NCBI GenBank assembly: GCA_002104905.1
Contig: MCFE01000825.1
Span: 1 to 33,046 of the forward strand
DNA: 33,046 nt
Direction of reading: 5' to 3'
Source: Basidiobolus meristosporus CBS 931.73
Lineage: Eukaryota; Fungi; Basidiobolomycota
Within the stretch, counting starts at the first letter, position 1. Each line of letters starts with the position of its first letter. The notes under the pieces are model-generated. The model was given only the letters and a program-made list of their open reading frames with translations. It had not been told where the DNA came from and ran no database searches. The position numbers and the translations under genes are program-made. Below, one piece after another: positions 11,489 to 21,218 of the stretch.

Positions 11489-11835
11489 TGTTGTAAGAGT
11501 CTTGGAGATATTGGAAGTGATTGGGAGAACAAGTAGATTATGTGGTTTTCACTTAATGATTTATTGAATGTAAAAGTAGTATTTATATTTTACCTGGTCT
11601 TGGCACTACAAACACATAGAATAGGCTAAGAAAGGTCCCAAGAGCAGGTGTGCAAAGTTTGGGGCTGTTTGGACAACTTTGAGAATTTTCATGTGCTGAG
11701 TACCTGGTATTTTAGTGAAAATATTCTAAGTAAATCCTGACAAGGAATTTGGTTGGTATTCTCTAGGATTTGAAGGTAATGATCTAATGACTAAGTTAGG
11801 TGAATATTTGGGTGGAAATACAAATTTTTACAACA
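11489..11835 (-). repeat. 5' LTR of copia-1 (347 bp)
   Basis: 8-bp terminal inverted repeats; adjacent to the PBS and the TSD. Confidence 0.92.
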
Positions 11836-11840
11836 AAACC

Positions 11841-12565
11841 AAGTTAGCCAAGACTTATTTAATCCCAGTAATCAAAGCACTCAAATTCAGGTGCTGACAC
11901 AGCAACTAGAAAAACTCTCTTTGCTACTTGCCAGCAAAGCATATGGGCAGAAGCCAGTAGAGAAAGAAGTCAAATATACATGCATGTGGTGTGACTCTGC
12001 CAACCATTCCAAGAGAAATTGCCAAGAGCTTCAGTCATTACTATCCACAGGTGATGTCCTATATAGTCCTAAGGGAGATATAGTCAGTAAGCATAGTGAC
12101 AAATTATCCACAGCATTTGGACAAGGAGGAATGAGAGTCCAATACAAGCAAGTCACCTCTCATACAAGAAAGGTGCACCTCCATGGAGAAGAAGATCCTG
12201 ACTACTTTGATCCAGCTGAAGTTCTGAACTTTGACTATGAGGATCCCAGAGAGGCCCAAGATCATATAGCTTCAATTTATGCTTCAAAGAGATACCATCA
12301 TGAGAAAATGGCTAATCCAGGCCCAGCAACAAAAGTACCAAGATGTGAGCCAGAAGTTGTGATTGAGAAGAAAGCAGCACCCCCATTAATTTTACAAGAG
12401 TCTGCCAAGGCCATCAACTACCACATGCAGCCTAGAGTCAAGCAAAATGGAACCCCTGAGGCTCTGACAAGTCATATACTAGGAAGCAGCATATCAGTCA
12501 AGGTTGGAGAGCTACTCAGTGTATCACCATCTGTAGAAAAACTCTGGATGAGCACATCAGAATAA
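11841..12565 (+). pseudogene. gag: gypsy-2 Gag, C-terminal part with CCHC zinc knuckle
   Basis: CMWCDSANHSKRNC (C-X2-C-X4-H-X4-C); in frame with 6412-6964 after removing copia-1 and one TSD copy. Confidence 0.8.
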
Positions 12566-13068
12566 GAAAGCATTCAATTGAAGCAACCCAAGGCAACCAG
12601 GTCAGGACAGTTCAAGGAAGCAAAGATATCAGTAAGCTGCATTAAAGCCAGAAACACTACTTATCAGTGGCAACTGCAACAACTACAGGAACTGTGCATA
12701 ATTGAGAAATCCTATGTCATATAGACAGTGGTCCTGAGATATGTGTGATGCCTTTGGAGGCTTGGAACCAACTACCATGCAAAGACCTATTCCCCATAGA
12801 CACCAATATCAATTGGAGCATGAAGGATGCCAACTCAGGGCAATCAAAGCGTTTAGGAATTATTCACAGCTTCCCTCTCATCATTGAAGGAATACCCCAT
12901 GAGATCCTAGTATTCATTTGTGCAAAGGCTAACTTTGAATTACTTCTTGGAAGACCATGGGAGGTGAATGTAAGAGCAACTGCAGTGAACTACCCAGATG
13001 GTTCAGCATGGTATACTACATACTTAGAGAGCTCAGGACTAACAGCAACCTTCTGTGATGTGGAATAA
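12566..13068 (+). pseudogene. gypsy-2 aspartic protease relic
   Basis: LCHIDSGPEICVMPLE (DSG at 12724-12732) followed by FELLLGRPW; stops and a frameshift lie upstream. Confidence 0.8.
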
Positions 13069-13212
13069 ACAGTATCTGATCAATGACTTCATGTAGATTT
13101 CTATACCAAGAGAAGACAGGTGGCTTCATTGGGGATGACTGAGAGAGCACTTTGTTCTCCATACTTACAGTGGTTAGCTAAAAGGTTTCAGGGAACTTTT
13201 TACCACAAGTGG

Positions 13213-13959
13213 CCCACAGACAAGTTTATTCATATAGCCATTATGATATATTATCCATATTTTATCTTATCAGTATAATCCCCATATGATGTTTACTCTG
13301 ATTAGTTATTAGCATTAGTTATCCCAGATGTTATTCAGTTTTGTGATCAGTGTATGTATCCACATAAGGCAAGTACCTGTGTCAGTACCCATGACACATG
13401 ACCTAGGTCTGTGTTACCATCCCTACCATTTCAATACCATATATGGTATTTCTATGTTGCACAGGTTTCAGACTACTGATTCCTGATTGGTAGGATGTGC
13501 TGTGCCTTTTAGAACCTTCCAGGACATTCTTGGCATATTTTTAGCTCATAGTGATGTCATCAAGAATTCCACTGATATCTAGAATCTTCTAGAACCTTGT
13601 CATTAGTAGTCACTTGGCAATCAGGAAAGTATTTAAGGGAAAGCAATCCCTCATCAATAAATCATCCTTTCTATCAGTAACACTTCTACATTATTGATTA
13701 GCAGTTGAACACTGCACCTGCCTTCAACAGTACATCTCAGACCTGCCCTCAAGGAGCTTTTCAGGGTAGTGCTCAAGACACACAGAGGCCTTTGGAGACA
13801 CTTGGAGCACCTAGGAAGCTAGAGAAGCAAGAGCTTTTACCATAGTGACATATTGACAAAGACAGCAGCAGTTTAGACACAGAAGTTATTGCACCCAACA
13901 GACACCTCATGCACCTTAAGTTATGTAGCTTCTCCCAGGAGTACCTCTATGCCACCACT
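13213..13959 (+). repeat. 3' LTR of gypsy-2, lacking the first 21 bp
   Basis: Aligns to 5589-6337; ends CCACCACT instead of CCACCACA. Confidence 0.9.
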
Positions 13960-14098
13960 GAGGTCATAGTGTACTCTAAACTATTTAAGTGGATCTCACT
14001 GGCCAGTACAATTGATTGCCTTAAATGGTAAAGAACTTGAAGGTATTTTGATGGCCTTATTACAAGCCTTCAATGCTGTTGTAACACCAGTATGGCAG

Positions 14099-15136
14099 TG
14101 TGGTGGTGTATAGGTCCAAGGGAGAGATACATCCAACACTTCTCAAGTATTTTCTGTGTGGGGTGTTCACTGGGTGCAATAACCTCTGGCAAAGCTTGCT
14201 AGGAGTACTTGGGTTCTGTCCCTAATCTAATGAGATAGGGAATAAAGCTACAAGCTTGTCAAGGGAAAACTATTGATCAACAATCCCCAAGTTGGTTGGC
14301 GTCTTAACAAAAGTATGCGCTAGGTTCAGCATCCTTTGAGATGACAATGTACTAAAGCTTCCAAAGTCAAAGCAACTCTAAGCTCCCCCAGCAGGGACTG
14401 GATAAGAATGCAGCTGTGGTCAATAGTTACAAAGACAGAAAAGTATCTTTGCCTGTACAAGAACAAACTTGGGAAAGAATCAAATATAATAAAAGATACT
14501 TACTCTGAGTATTCCTCACAAGTAGTGCCTCCAAGGTCAGTTGGCTGTTAGCGCTGTTTCCTGGGAGTGTCCTGTGGTCTGGGGTTGGAAGTTCAGGTAG
14601 CAGCAGGTAGCAGTGATCACACTAATCAACAAGTTGGTATATTGATAAAAGGGATGATGATTTATTGTTGAGGGATAGCCTCCCTTGTATACATTTGTAC
14701 TGGCTAAGTGATTACTAATCATGGTGTTCCAGAAGGTTCCAGATATCAGTAGATATCTTAATGACATCAGAATGACATAAGAATGTTCCAAGTAGGTGCT
14801 GGAAGGTTCTAAGAGGCACAGCACATCCACCAATCAGGAATCAGTACTCTGAAACTGGTGTAACAAAGGGATACCAAATATGGCATGGAAATAGTAGAGA
14901 TGGTGACACAGGTACTTGCCTAATACAGAAGCACTTATAGCTAGTAATCTTACATAAAGTGAGGGATAACTTATGCAATAAGGTAAGCAGGTGTGATAGT
15001 CAACCAGCTTATGGGATAGTACTGATCAGGTAAGACAAATGGGATAAAAACAAAATAAGTGTAGTAGAGATATACGGAGGTAGAAAACATGGGAATGAGC
15101 ACATCTGTCAGTGGGTGTTACTATCACCCCACTACA
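14099..15136 (-). mobile_element. Solo LTR related to gypsy-2 (1038 bp)
   Basis: Minus strand TGTAGT...ACCACA; shares blocks such as CTGATTCCTGATTGG..GGATGTGCTGTGCC and AGAGGTTATTGCACCCA with the gypsy-2 LTRs. TSD GCAG (14095-14098 and 15137-15140); the reconstructed empty site matches 28581-28600 in length. Confidence 0.88.
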
Positions 15137-16167
15137 GCAGCCTACAGCTAGTTCTGTATAATGCTACCATACCAATTAACCAAATTATATTTCCTTTACT
15201 TACCTCCCCTTGTGCAATTCATATATCCCACTGCAAAATTGCCCCTCTTTATTTGCATACCCACTACTACCTTGGGTATTCCACATGTAGTTCAAAACAA
15301 AAAAAAGTATGGCCTCCTGCTCACTAATCTCTACATATATGCACACCTGCCACTTGACATACTTCTGTCTCATCAACTTTATGGCTTTTTAGTGTGCTAC
15401 TTGCAGAGTTCCCATATATTTTGTATTGCTGGTAATGTATACATCTTGCAAATATATGCTTGGTTACCACCACTTTTTCCATGAATACCTCCTGAGTATG
15501 CACAAAAAACTTCTCAGTATTTAGCCAATGTATCTCTTCTCCCTACCAGATTCTAGTCCCCATTATAGGTGCACTCTGGCTCTTGTTTGTGTGAATTACA
15601 TATTGAATAATGCAGCTGGCTTGCAACAAAGAGAAGCCTGGCATACTTTGGTAAAGTTGTTCAAATAAAATTCACTTGCTTGTTGTGCCAGATCCAACTT
15701 TTTATTACTCAACAGAATACTCATTCATTGGGCTGCTTAGCTTCTTGATGCCAAAGGCATAGGTGCCTCCATGCCCACATCTGTCCTCAGTATTTTCCAA
15801 CTCTTCCTGGCTGTCCTCCATATACAAACTCATCTCATCCATGACATACTCAGAGGTAATATTCTTGATGAGATAGGAAAATAGCAATATCTGCTACTTG
15901 ACTTGTCTTCCTATCTCCCCACATATTTGCTCCATTGGAAAATCACAAAAGGTAAAGCAAGGCCCAATACTCTCTGTACACCTAGTAAGATGGATTAGAG
16001 CATGGTTAAGGTAGTAGTAGAGATCTATGCATTTAGCTTTATGCATGTAGTATAGCTGCTCAAATCCTATCACAAACCCCTTGCATAAAACCAGCAGAGG
16101 GGTCAAGTTAGCATTGGGATCTATTTCTGGATAAATACCCCTACAATGTCAGCACAAGAGTCCCAAT

Positions 16168-16498
16168 CCCTATGAGAAATCTCCAACTTGGAGTTCATCT
16201 GATTTTCCTCTGGTATTATGCTGGTATTATACTGGTGTTCTGCTAGTATTCAATTGGTACTTTGCTGGCATTTGACAGGTGTTTTTGGTGCACAATATCA
16301 AATGAAATTTCTGATGGATGTAATGGGCAGCTAATTAACAAACTTGGCATGGATGCTAGTTGGGCTAGTCTCCTCCTGGTGAGTTTGTTTGCTTGCCAGC
16401 CCATCAGCTAACCACAAAGATATTGAGAGAGAAACTTGTAATTAAGCTAATATTATGAAGGTATTTTACTGGCCTTTTTTTAATTTTTTTTCTTAGGG
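16168..16498. mobile_element. Non-autonomous CMC/EnSpm MITE, 331 bp
   Basis: Termini CCCTATGAGAAA...TTTTTCTTAGGG; TSD AAT (16165-16167 and 16499-16501); absent at the homologous site of copy C (~29620). Confidence 0.88.
16210..16286 (+). repeat. Subterminal 11-bp tandem array of the MITE
   Basis: Seven units starting at 16210, 16221, 16232, 16243, 16254, 16265 and 16276; consensus CTGGTATTATG. Confidence 0.8.
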
Positions 16499-18071
16499 AA
16501 TGCTTCCAGTGTGCTCTTGGTATATATGTCTTCAGAGGGCAACTTGAGTAAATACATATCCAGCTCATCAGTCCTTACACTTATATTGTTGCATATGTGC
16601 ATGAATATTGATTGGAGCCTGTGAGAAGTTGTTTAGATAGCAGATATTCTGAAATATTTTGCAAATTCCAATAAATTTCTCCAGTATCCTGAAGGGCTCA
16701 TTCAGTGCAAAATGCCACATGTACAGCTTAGCTATCAGTATAGGTATATTGTTGAAATGCAAATACATCTCCAGTTAGCAATTAATTCTATACTCTGGTC
16801 AATGGCTTATTGCTTGCCAACTTTGCTGCAATTGCATGCACACTTCTGTATGTTCTCTCTGTAGGAAGATAATGTTCTTAGTATAAGTGCTTGGATAATG
16901 TGAGTGTGTATGAGTTATGGAGTAAATCCCCTGGATGTCACACATATGACAGCAGTACCATCTATTGTGCCCAGAAACGTTGGCTATCTTGCTAATAGCT
17001 GGGGTATCACCAATGCAATGATTATGTGTGCTTTGATATGATAGCCTTTTAGTAGTATACTGCTTGAATGCATGCATAATTCATCCAGCAGTGGATACAG
17101 GCAGCTATCCAGGTTAAACAGTGATTGAAGCCCAGATACCAGTGAGACTACCATCAGATTTCTGCTTGGATACCATTGGATAGATGGCAGATTCAGGCTA
17201 ATAAGAATTAGCAGCCAGCAGGATTTGCTGGTAGAGTACCTGTTTGATGAGAATTCATAAAGTGCTAAGCCAAAGGTATGGTCACATATACCATCAAAGC
17301 AGTCCTAGCATCTTAGTGGTTTGCAATGTTTGGCATAAAATATATTGGAGATATTTGCACTTGATTGATACTAAGTGCAGTACATTATAGTTTCATCATA
17401 TTTGCCAGACTGCATGAGCTTCTTCAGGTGGGGTATTACTGCAATATATCCAGAGTGTGAATAATGTTTTCACTTACGGTTGTGGTTTTCTGAAACATTG
17501 GACACCTTGCAATGGCAGCATTTTCTGATGTGAATGGTATGCCACTGTTGATACATACAGGTATCTAGATGGTCTCTGGGCCATTTGTAGCCAGCTGCAT
17601 GACATTTTCCATTGGTACCATGTACATGTTAACTTGAATATTGTAATGATTTTGGCAAGAAGTAGTAGTAAGCCCTCTAAGCACAACTACTGATATCCAT
17701 GGAAACACATCACTTCTCTAGCCACAATATTGCATTATTCACCAGTAGAAGGATTACTGGGCACATTTGGCACAACAGAGTATCCTTGGCATTTTTCCAC
17801 AGGTGTTGTTTTGTCACATATTGGGATTTTGCCATGCTCATGAAGGGGACTATTGTTAGGGGAGATGTTGTGTTGTATGATGAGTAGTTTAGGACTTGTT
17901 CTGCAATGTAGAGGCTAATCAATAATAAACAACAACTTCCAGTATGCTAATACTGAAATAGTTTATTGGGAGTTTGATATACCAATAGAAGATATAGCTC
18001 CCACTAATCTCCTCGGTCTTGGGCTTAAAATATACTATAAGCAGTGATTCTCACTTCTACAGCAGTGTTCT

Positions 18072-18272
18072 TGTTGTAAGAGTCTTGGAGATATTGGAAG
18101 TGATTGGGAGAACAAGTAGATTATGTGGTTTTCATTTAATGATATATTGAATGTAAAAGTAGTATTTATACTTTTACCTAGTCTTGCATTACAAACACAT
18201 AAATAGGCTAAAGAATATTCCAAGAACATGGGTGCAAAGTTGGGGGCTGTTTGGACAACTTTAAGAATTTTC
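18072..18272 (-). repeat. Truncated copia-1-family LTR
   Basis: Matches 11489-11690 from TGTTGTAAG and breaks off after GAATTTTC. Confidence 0.88.
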
Positions 18273-18336
18273 CACGCAACAGTTACCACTATACCAACCT
18301 TATCTTGCTGACTGCTTGATACTTTGACAATGGTAC

Positions 18337-18706
18337 TGTTGAAATATTGGACTATTTGGTATCATTCTGCAGCTAAAAATTTACTTAACTATCCTGGACT
18401 AGTCTTGGTTACTGTGAGACTAATTTACAGCTCTAACTTTGCCACTTTCTTCAGATCTATGATCTTATGATTTTTCCCCTATAGCCAGGATCAAAATAGC
18501 ACTAATACTAACTATTATGTACTAACCCTGAAACTGTTACAGAATGCTCCTGAATATTGAGAAACCCTCCTAACTTAGTGTTACAGCTGTGTTACTTCTA
18601 CAAAGATAGAAATACTGAGCTTCTTTATTAATTTACAACAGTTCAACAATTATCACTATTTGTTGATAAGTTCCTTATATCCAAATCACTTCTTAAATTG
18701 CAACAT
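18337..18706 (+). repeat. Solo LTR of the copia-2 family (370 bp)
   Basis: TGTTGAAATA...TTGCAACA; aligns along its whole length to 30951-31319. The flanks GGTAC and TAATC are not a TSD. Confidence 0.9.
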
Positions 18707-19464
18707 AATCCTAGCAATAGAGGCCTTGTATGCCTGATAATTGGAATCTTTTGATTGTACCTCTGCAAGTACTGCTTCAAATGAGCTGTAATTTGAAATA
18801 TGTGTTTACTACTGAGTGTTCTGCATGACATAATATCTTTAGGTGGATTTCTTTCAGGGTCTACAGCAATTGTTTTTCAAAGTTGGAAATTCTAGATCTT
18901 TCACTTGTGCATTACAATAGCAAAAAGCCAAATAATGAAATGAGTGCAATCTTGGTTTTGAGATATGTAGTATTGGAATACTTTCCATTACCACAGAGAT
19001 AGTAGCAAAATCCATTTGTGAGCCAACTTCTTCAGAGCTATTGCTCTACATGCCATATTCAGAAACTGTGGCAAGCCTAAAGGCACAGCAAACTCACCTG
19101 TCTCAGTCTGTGTAAGGTGACAAATACTGTAAGATACTGTGATAGAAGTATAATGTGGCTGGCAAGATATTGTTGGTGCAGTAGACACGGATGAATGGTC
19201 AAATAAGACTTGAGTTGCAAAACACCAGCTGTGATGCTTGTAATACTTCCTATGCTGTCTGCATGTTAAATGGCTGTGAGGCTTGTCACAATATACACCT
19301 ATGCTTTTTTCACTTCTCCTACAGCATTGCATCCCAGTAGTCTTCTCTATGGGGCAAACAGCCTGACACTCAACAATGCAGCACTATTGTATCACTGTTT
19401 TGCCATTACTCATCTGAGCTTAAGACAGTCTTGTATCTGAGACATGACAGATACACAAGTACAA

Positions 19465-19563
19465 TAATGAAGAGTGAGCTTATATTAGAGAGGCTTTAAA
19501 AGTATATCACACCATCACCTCAAGGCCAGAATACTATGAGACCATTAGGAACTCAAGGCCAAG
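19465..19563 (+). pseudogene. Accessory-gene fragment of CMC copy B
   Basis: NNEE*AYIREAL/SISHHHLKARIL*DH*ELKAK is homologous to copies A and E; cut by the copy E terminus at 19564. Confidence 0.6.
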
Positions 19564-19918
19564 CCCTACGAAGAATAACCATGATGATTCTATTAAAAGA
19601 CTCCCACTAAATTGAAGTCCTGTGACTAAGAGGTATTAATACTATCAGAACACTCTACAACAACTGTGGCTAAATAATTGCACCTTGTATTTCTCAAAAA
19701 ACTTAGTCAACACTTTTCATGACAACAATATATGAGTGGCTGTTGATTTATCTGCTGCCAGCTCTCTCACTTTCTGATTTCAGGCACTCAATCACCTCCT
19801 ATGTTTGTGTACAATGATTGGCTAATGCCTCTTTTTCACATTCCTTACTTCCTGACTTAACCAGCTCTCTTACATCTCATTCATTCAAATTAATTTATTT
19901 CTGTTGAGATTTTGATTG

Positions 19919-20304
19919 TGTGAGTACTCAATGTAGTACCCACTCTTTGCCCAAGAGTTCTCCCAAGAGTTCCCTCCAGAGTCCTACCCGAAGTCCTCCA
20001 GTACCCTCCCTATGATTCCCCCACGCGTCCTCCCCTCCTATCCCTGCCCTTATCTAGTTAGAACACTTACCATAACAGGAAGGTGTTCACACCCCTATTT
20101 TATAACACATTGTCTATTGTCTAAGCCCCCCAAGTGATATATATATCTACCCAATTGAACCAGGAAGAACAACGAGATTTGGACGAAATAAACAGAAGTC
20201 TTTATTACCTTGCTACCTTCTATCGGAAGCTATTCTGAACCAAGTGGTACTGACTTGACCTACAAGCTCTCCCACTCACCAAGTACAGTCAGTAATAACC
20301 CACA
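19919..20304 (+). repeat. 5' LTR of gypsy-1
   Basis: TGTGAG...CCCACA; direct repeat of 26299-26684. Confidence 0.97.
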
Positions 20305-20308
20305 TATT

Positions 20309-20326
20309 TGGTGCCGTCTCTGCGGA
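20309..20326 (+). other. Primer binding site, tRNA-His-like
   Basis: TGGTGCCGT 4 nt after the LTR is complementary to an ...ACGGCACCA 3' end, as in metazoan-type tRNA-His. The host tRNA is not available to confirm. Confidence 0.6.
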
Positions 20327-20345
20327 AATAAGCACAAGTGAGGTA

Positions 20346-21218
20346 ATGACTACTACAATCAAACTAAAGACATACAAGGGAAAGAGAGAGAAAGCCCTTG
20401 AGTGGTTCAATAAGTTTGAGAGAGTTGCGGTTGATGCAGGATGGGACGACAATAAGAAAGTAAGAGAGTTTGCAAGACATATGGAAGGGTCAGCATGGCA
20501 ATGGCATTATGGGTTGGAAGACGCAGTCAAAGACAACTGGGATGCACTAGAAGAAGCCTACAAGACACGCTTTCTATATGCCAAAGGATACCACTACGAA
20601 GCCCTTCTACTGTCCTCACGGAAGAGAAGCAGTGAAAGCTATGAAGCCTACACTGAACTGTTTCTCCAACAAGTTTGATGTCTCCCGAAGGACAAAATTG
20701 GCAAACAACAGCTCATGAGGTATTACATCATGGGCTTAGACGACAAAATAAGACGTAGGGCGTCCAAAGAACAACAGGGATGTAAAACGTTGCAAGAGTT
20801 GGTCAAACAAGTACGAGGGGTCATCTTGCTATGGGGGCTACCCTATAGTGATACAAATGATCAAAGGACAGGGATCCCCCATAAGAAAGGAAAAATTGCC
20901 TCCCCAAACAACTGTGAGTTAGAGGAATTACGGCAAAAGGTCCAAGAACTCTCAATTAACAATGTCCAAGAAGTCCCCAAAGAAGGTGATAAACTCTGGG
21001 AAGCTGTTGTAGATCTAAAGGCCCAGGTTCAAGTCCTGACCCAACAGATGGAACAACCGCAACAACAGTATCCATGTTATGTGTGTGGAGAAGTAGGTCA
21101 CCGGGCCCATGAATGTGAAAAACGGTATGGAAGAGAAGCCCTACCGGACACAAAAGAGAAGAAGGCGTCAAAAGACAGGGTCCCTTGCCAGGAGGCCAAC
21201 GGGACTCAGTCAATCTAA
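20346..21218 (+). pseudogene. gag: gypsy-1 Gag (290 codons, one in-frame TGA at 20676)
   Basis: ORFs 20346 and 20715 are in the same frame. LKTYKGKREKALEWFNKFE retrotransposon gag N-terminus; CYVCGEVGHRAHEC zinc knuckle at 21075-21116. Confidence 0.93.

Larger units (their letters stand above)
6965..11835 (-). mobile_element. Ty1/copia LTR retrotransposon (copia-1), full length, degenerate
   Basis: LTRs with TGTTGTAA...TTACAACA termini; 5-bp TSD AAACC (6960-6964 and 11836-11840); domain order gag-PR-IN-RT-RH on the minus strand. Confidence 0.95.
5568..13959 (+). mobile_element. Ty3/gypsy LTR retrotransposon (gypsy-2), deletion derivative with gag and protease only, interrupted by copia-1
   Basis: Direct LTRs 5568-6337 and 13213-13959, PBS, CCHC gag and a DSG protease motif. 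No RT, RNase H or integrase. The flanks rejoin into sequence homologous to 28440-28460. Confidence 0.85.
15137..17900 (-). pseudogene. Tnp2-family CMC transposase relic, copy B
   Basis: CIGDTPAISKIANVSGHNRWYCCHMCDIQG and NHALIHLTRCTESIGPCFTFCDFPMEQICG (DUF4218-like region). Colinear with copy C and interrupted by the MITE at 16168-16498. Confidence 0.85.
5494..19563 (-). mobile_element. CMC/EnSpm transposon, copy B, host of several nested insertions
   Basis: 5494-5567 + 13960-14098 + 15137-17900 is colinear with copy C (28383-30800). 18980-19430 is the reverse-complement homolog of copy A 3870-4320, and an accessory-gene fragment lies at 19465-19563. Confidence 0.75.

Noticed and set aside
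16210-16286. CRISPR array or other prokaryotic system
   Set aside because: The units are 11 bp with no spacers, no cas genes are present, and the context is eukaryotic transposon sequence. The TTG/GTG starts in the ORF track are not meaningful here.
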